A DNA stretch of 63,926 nt, counting the filler, from Hausera hauseri (taxonomy: Eukaryota), in assembly GCA_046269625.1 (NCBI GenBank). It is 12 parts of 12 records of this genome, joined end to end, with 100 filler letters (N's around TTAATTAATTAA, not from the genome) between each part and the next. Parts side by side here need not be neighbours in the genome. Positions count along the whole stretch, not along the records: positions 59,888 to 63,926 come from JBJURY010802200.1; 11 more parts are not named here. One strand, written 5' to 3'. Every line of letters begins with the position of its first letter. Position 1 is the stretch's first letter. Below are positions 61,254 to 63,926 of this stretch, in pieces. The notes beneath the pieces are model-generated. The model was not told the origin of the DNA and did no database searches. It saw only the letters and a program-made list of their open reading frames with translations. A program made the translations under genes and the position numbers.

Positions 61254-61475
61254 TGTTGGCGCTGGATCTTATAACAGGTCAGACCACCATTAGAACTTAC
61301 AGCTTCAGATTATCAAACCTTCAGATAGCTTAAATATTTATATGTTGTATGCATACCCCATTAAAATACCAAACAGTGATCAAAAAGGAGGAGATAAGGA
61401 ATATATATTCTCTTCATTGTCTCGTGTTATTTTTAGTTTATTGTTTTGTCGCTATTACATGGTGGGCCAGAGGTA
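61254..61475 (+). promoter_or_regulatory. Possible 5' LTR end and primer-binding site of the downstream Gypsy element
   Basis: A TGT...ACA-bounded segment is followed immediately by TGGTGGGCCAGAG at 61460, upstream of gag. No partner LTR is in the window. Confidence 0.4.
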
Positions 61476-62099
61476 AGGCCTATTTTAAGGCTGCGATCTC
61501 TAAAACGGTGGCAGCGAATACCGCACACACTTCCCTTTCATACAGAACTGTACATACTTTTTCGGGCATTTCGATAAACTCAGCCGTTGAAAACCATCCG
61601 GCTCAAACACCGCACACACCAGGTGACAGCAGTCAGGCTAAAATTCAGAATAATGCCGCCGAAAACAATCCGGCTACACTCATTCACATCACCAAACGTG
61701 ATCACACAACACCCGCTGACAGTATCTTCAGCGCGGCTATCATTCAGGCAATCACAATGAATGGTACTGAACAAAAGTCGAAGCTTGAATATCCAAGCCA
61801 GGTTTCACGCGCCAACAAAGGCGAATCGGCACGCAGTTCCGATGACACAACAAAACCGCAAGTGATGCCATTTTTCATACGCGGATTATGCAATACGAAA
61901 GCATATCGTTTCTTGACACGTCTGTTAAGGCAGTGCTACAACAGCTCGCCATTTCATTTCCGGATCACAATTTTTCACACAACACAAAAATTTTGCGTCC
62001 ATGGGATAGTCCAATTTCGGATCATTTCTCTACAAAAAACGCGACACTGCTTGCTACTGCCAGGCTAAAAGGAGGCGTCGAAACTCACACGTCCGACAA

Positions 62100-63926
62100 A
62101 AAAGCCGAAACTCATCATCAGCACCGGCCAAACCTCCAAAATTAGCATGCCCAACCTTCTTCATAGGTTTAAACGGAACTCCACTGAAGTGGTTCCATGT
62201 GTTTGAAACATGGACTACTCAATGCAGCATCGCCGGCCAACTAAACAAGGCCTTAACACTTATACAATACCTGCAGCCAACAACGCTCTCAGCAATAACA
62301 GATACGTTACTGTCAGATGAAAAGCCGTTTGACAAAATCAAAGCAGCCATATGTAAAGCATATCTGCCATCCCAACAGGACCTGTTCAACCTGGCTTTCA
62401 CTAAGCGACAGGCAGGAAATATGAAATCTCCTGCTCTACATCAAAAGTTACGCTCAGACTTGAGCAATGCTGAGCTGGACCTCCACAGCAACTAGCGCAT
62501 ACTACGGTGCTACTTCCTGAGTAGTTTGCCAAACCAAATTCAAGCGGCAATTGTGCTATTAATGCCCGATACCACTTTTGGACGATATGGCATCAGAAGT
62601 CGATAAAATACATGAGTGCACTAAAGGCATCCACTCCGTCACGGTGACCCAGCAAAATCAGCTGGACACCATTATTGCCCCAATGCAGGCACTTTTAACG
62701 CACAAGAATTTTCCAGCCAGGGACAAATCGTCATCTGGGCTCCAGTTCCCCAAGAGAAAGAAAAGCAAATTTTCCAAAATTTGCCATTTTCAAACACGAT
62801 TAGGCGAATCCGCCTATAAATGCTACCATGGTTGTCAATTAGACAAGCCATCCGCAAATATAAAAATGCAAGACATTTGCATTTATTACAATCATTTTGG
62901 TCCAGATGCAAAATTCTGTCGACCCGGCTGAAAATTTCACAAGCCATCAAAAAACTAAATTGGCCCAGAGGACCAACGGTACGTCGACTGGAAACCCAAT
63001 CACAACAACTGCCGTGCACAGATAGCGAACGCATTGTCGATGCTATTTTCACCCTCGAGGCGGAGCCACTACATTCTGACATCTCAAAATAACTCGATTT
63101 TCTAATCGACACTGGTGCAGCTCTATCGCTGATACCTAGCACATACGCTAGACATACGCTGGTCTCGCATGCATCGCTCAAAGCTGTCAATAGCACGTGC
63201 ATAGCAACCACAAATACACTGTACCTACAATTTCTCCTACAAGGCCGACCATACACTTGGTCATTTATATTGGTCGATATCATGCAACCCATCTTTGGTT
63301 CTGACTTCCTAGACCATTACGATCTAACAGCTGATTGCCGAAATCAACAACTCACCAGCGTGAACAATCCATTACCTCCACCCGCATTCACACTAACCAT
63401 AAACGCTAACACGGGCATCAAAGTCACAAATCCCATCGACATCGCACCATTGCTGCAAGCGCAATACCCTAACTTGTTGAAACGCTCAGCACAACCAACA
63501 CAGAAAGAGGTAAAAACATCACACTTTCTCGTCCCATCATGTGACCGACCGATTCGGCAACCCCGGAGGGAGCTTGACCCTGTCAAGAAAGCAGCCGCAG
63601 AAGCCTAATTACGACACCTCGAAGAAACAGGCATCATACGCCGCTTTACCTCACCGTGGGCATCACCATTGCACATGGTTCCAAAAAGGACGGATCATAC
63701 CGGCCTTGTGGTGACTATAGAATGTTGAATAACGTCACCATCCACGACTTACATTCAACACCGGTGGTAGCAGATATATTGCATCGTTTACATGGTGCCG
63801 CGTATTCAGCACAATCGATCTGGAAAGGGCATACCACCAGATCCCAGTGGCTACCGAAGACATCCCAAAAACGGCCGTAATAACGCCTTTTGGTTTGTTC
63901 GAGTACCTACGCATGCCTTTTGGCTT
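62100..63926 (+). mobile_element. Gypsy gag-protease-RT (CHCC-type), truncated by the window end
   Basis: Duplicated CH/Y..FG..A.KC..GC motif, FLIDTGAALSLIP, IFGSDFL, SPWASPLH, RPCGDYR.LN, YHQIP and [14 protein letters not shown]. Confidence 0.92.

Noticed and set aside
61349-62068. 239-aa ORF upstream of Gypsy gag
   Set aside because: It has no recognisable motif and overlaps the presumed LTR, PBS and leader.
1-63926. rRNA, tRNA or intact host genes
   Set aside because: None were recognisable by eye.

Overview
This window is not one contiguous locus. It is 12 short, AT-rich eukaryotic contigs joined by 100-nt artificial spacers (N44-TTAATTAATTAA-N44), so linkage can only be argued within a contig. 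The host is an animal, and the Vasa-like fragment tentatively suggests a flatworm (inference). Almost everything is decayed mobile or viral DNA. (1) A Polinton/adintovirus-like element provides a morphogenesis module (major capsid, two penton-like genes, core proteins, integrase, packaging ATPase). A pPolB pseudogene sits on another contig, and three copies of a terminal repeat (about 890 bp where complete) start with AGTAGT. (2) Polinton-associated TATA-binding-protein (TBP)-like genes occur twice: once beside the ATPase, and once directly inside the terminal repeat, where TBP is followed by an intron-containing CRESS-type Rep (HUH endonuclease + SF3 helicase). This TIR-TBP-Rep arrangement is the best candidate for an undescribed system. 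(3) A chain of more than 4 kb of intronless host gene fragments (dynein, OXCT1, vasa, kinesin, dynein, MAP9-like) is fused in frame at every recognisable junction. (4) Retroelement-like polyproteins carry ubiquitin-like and AT-hook domains plus a chuvirus-type glycoprotein, and another carries a DEDDh exonuclease and a RING finger. (5) Ordinary decayed Gypsy, piggyBac and Tc1 elements and minisatellites fill the rest. All homology calls are by-eye motif recognition; no database searches were run.
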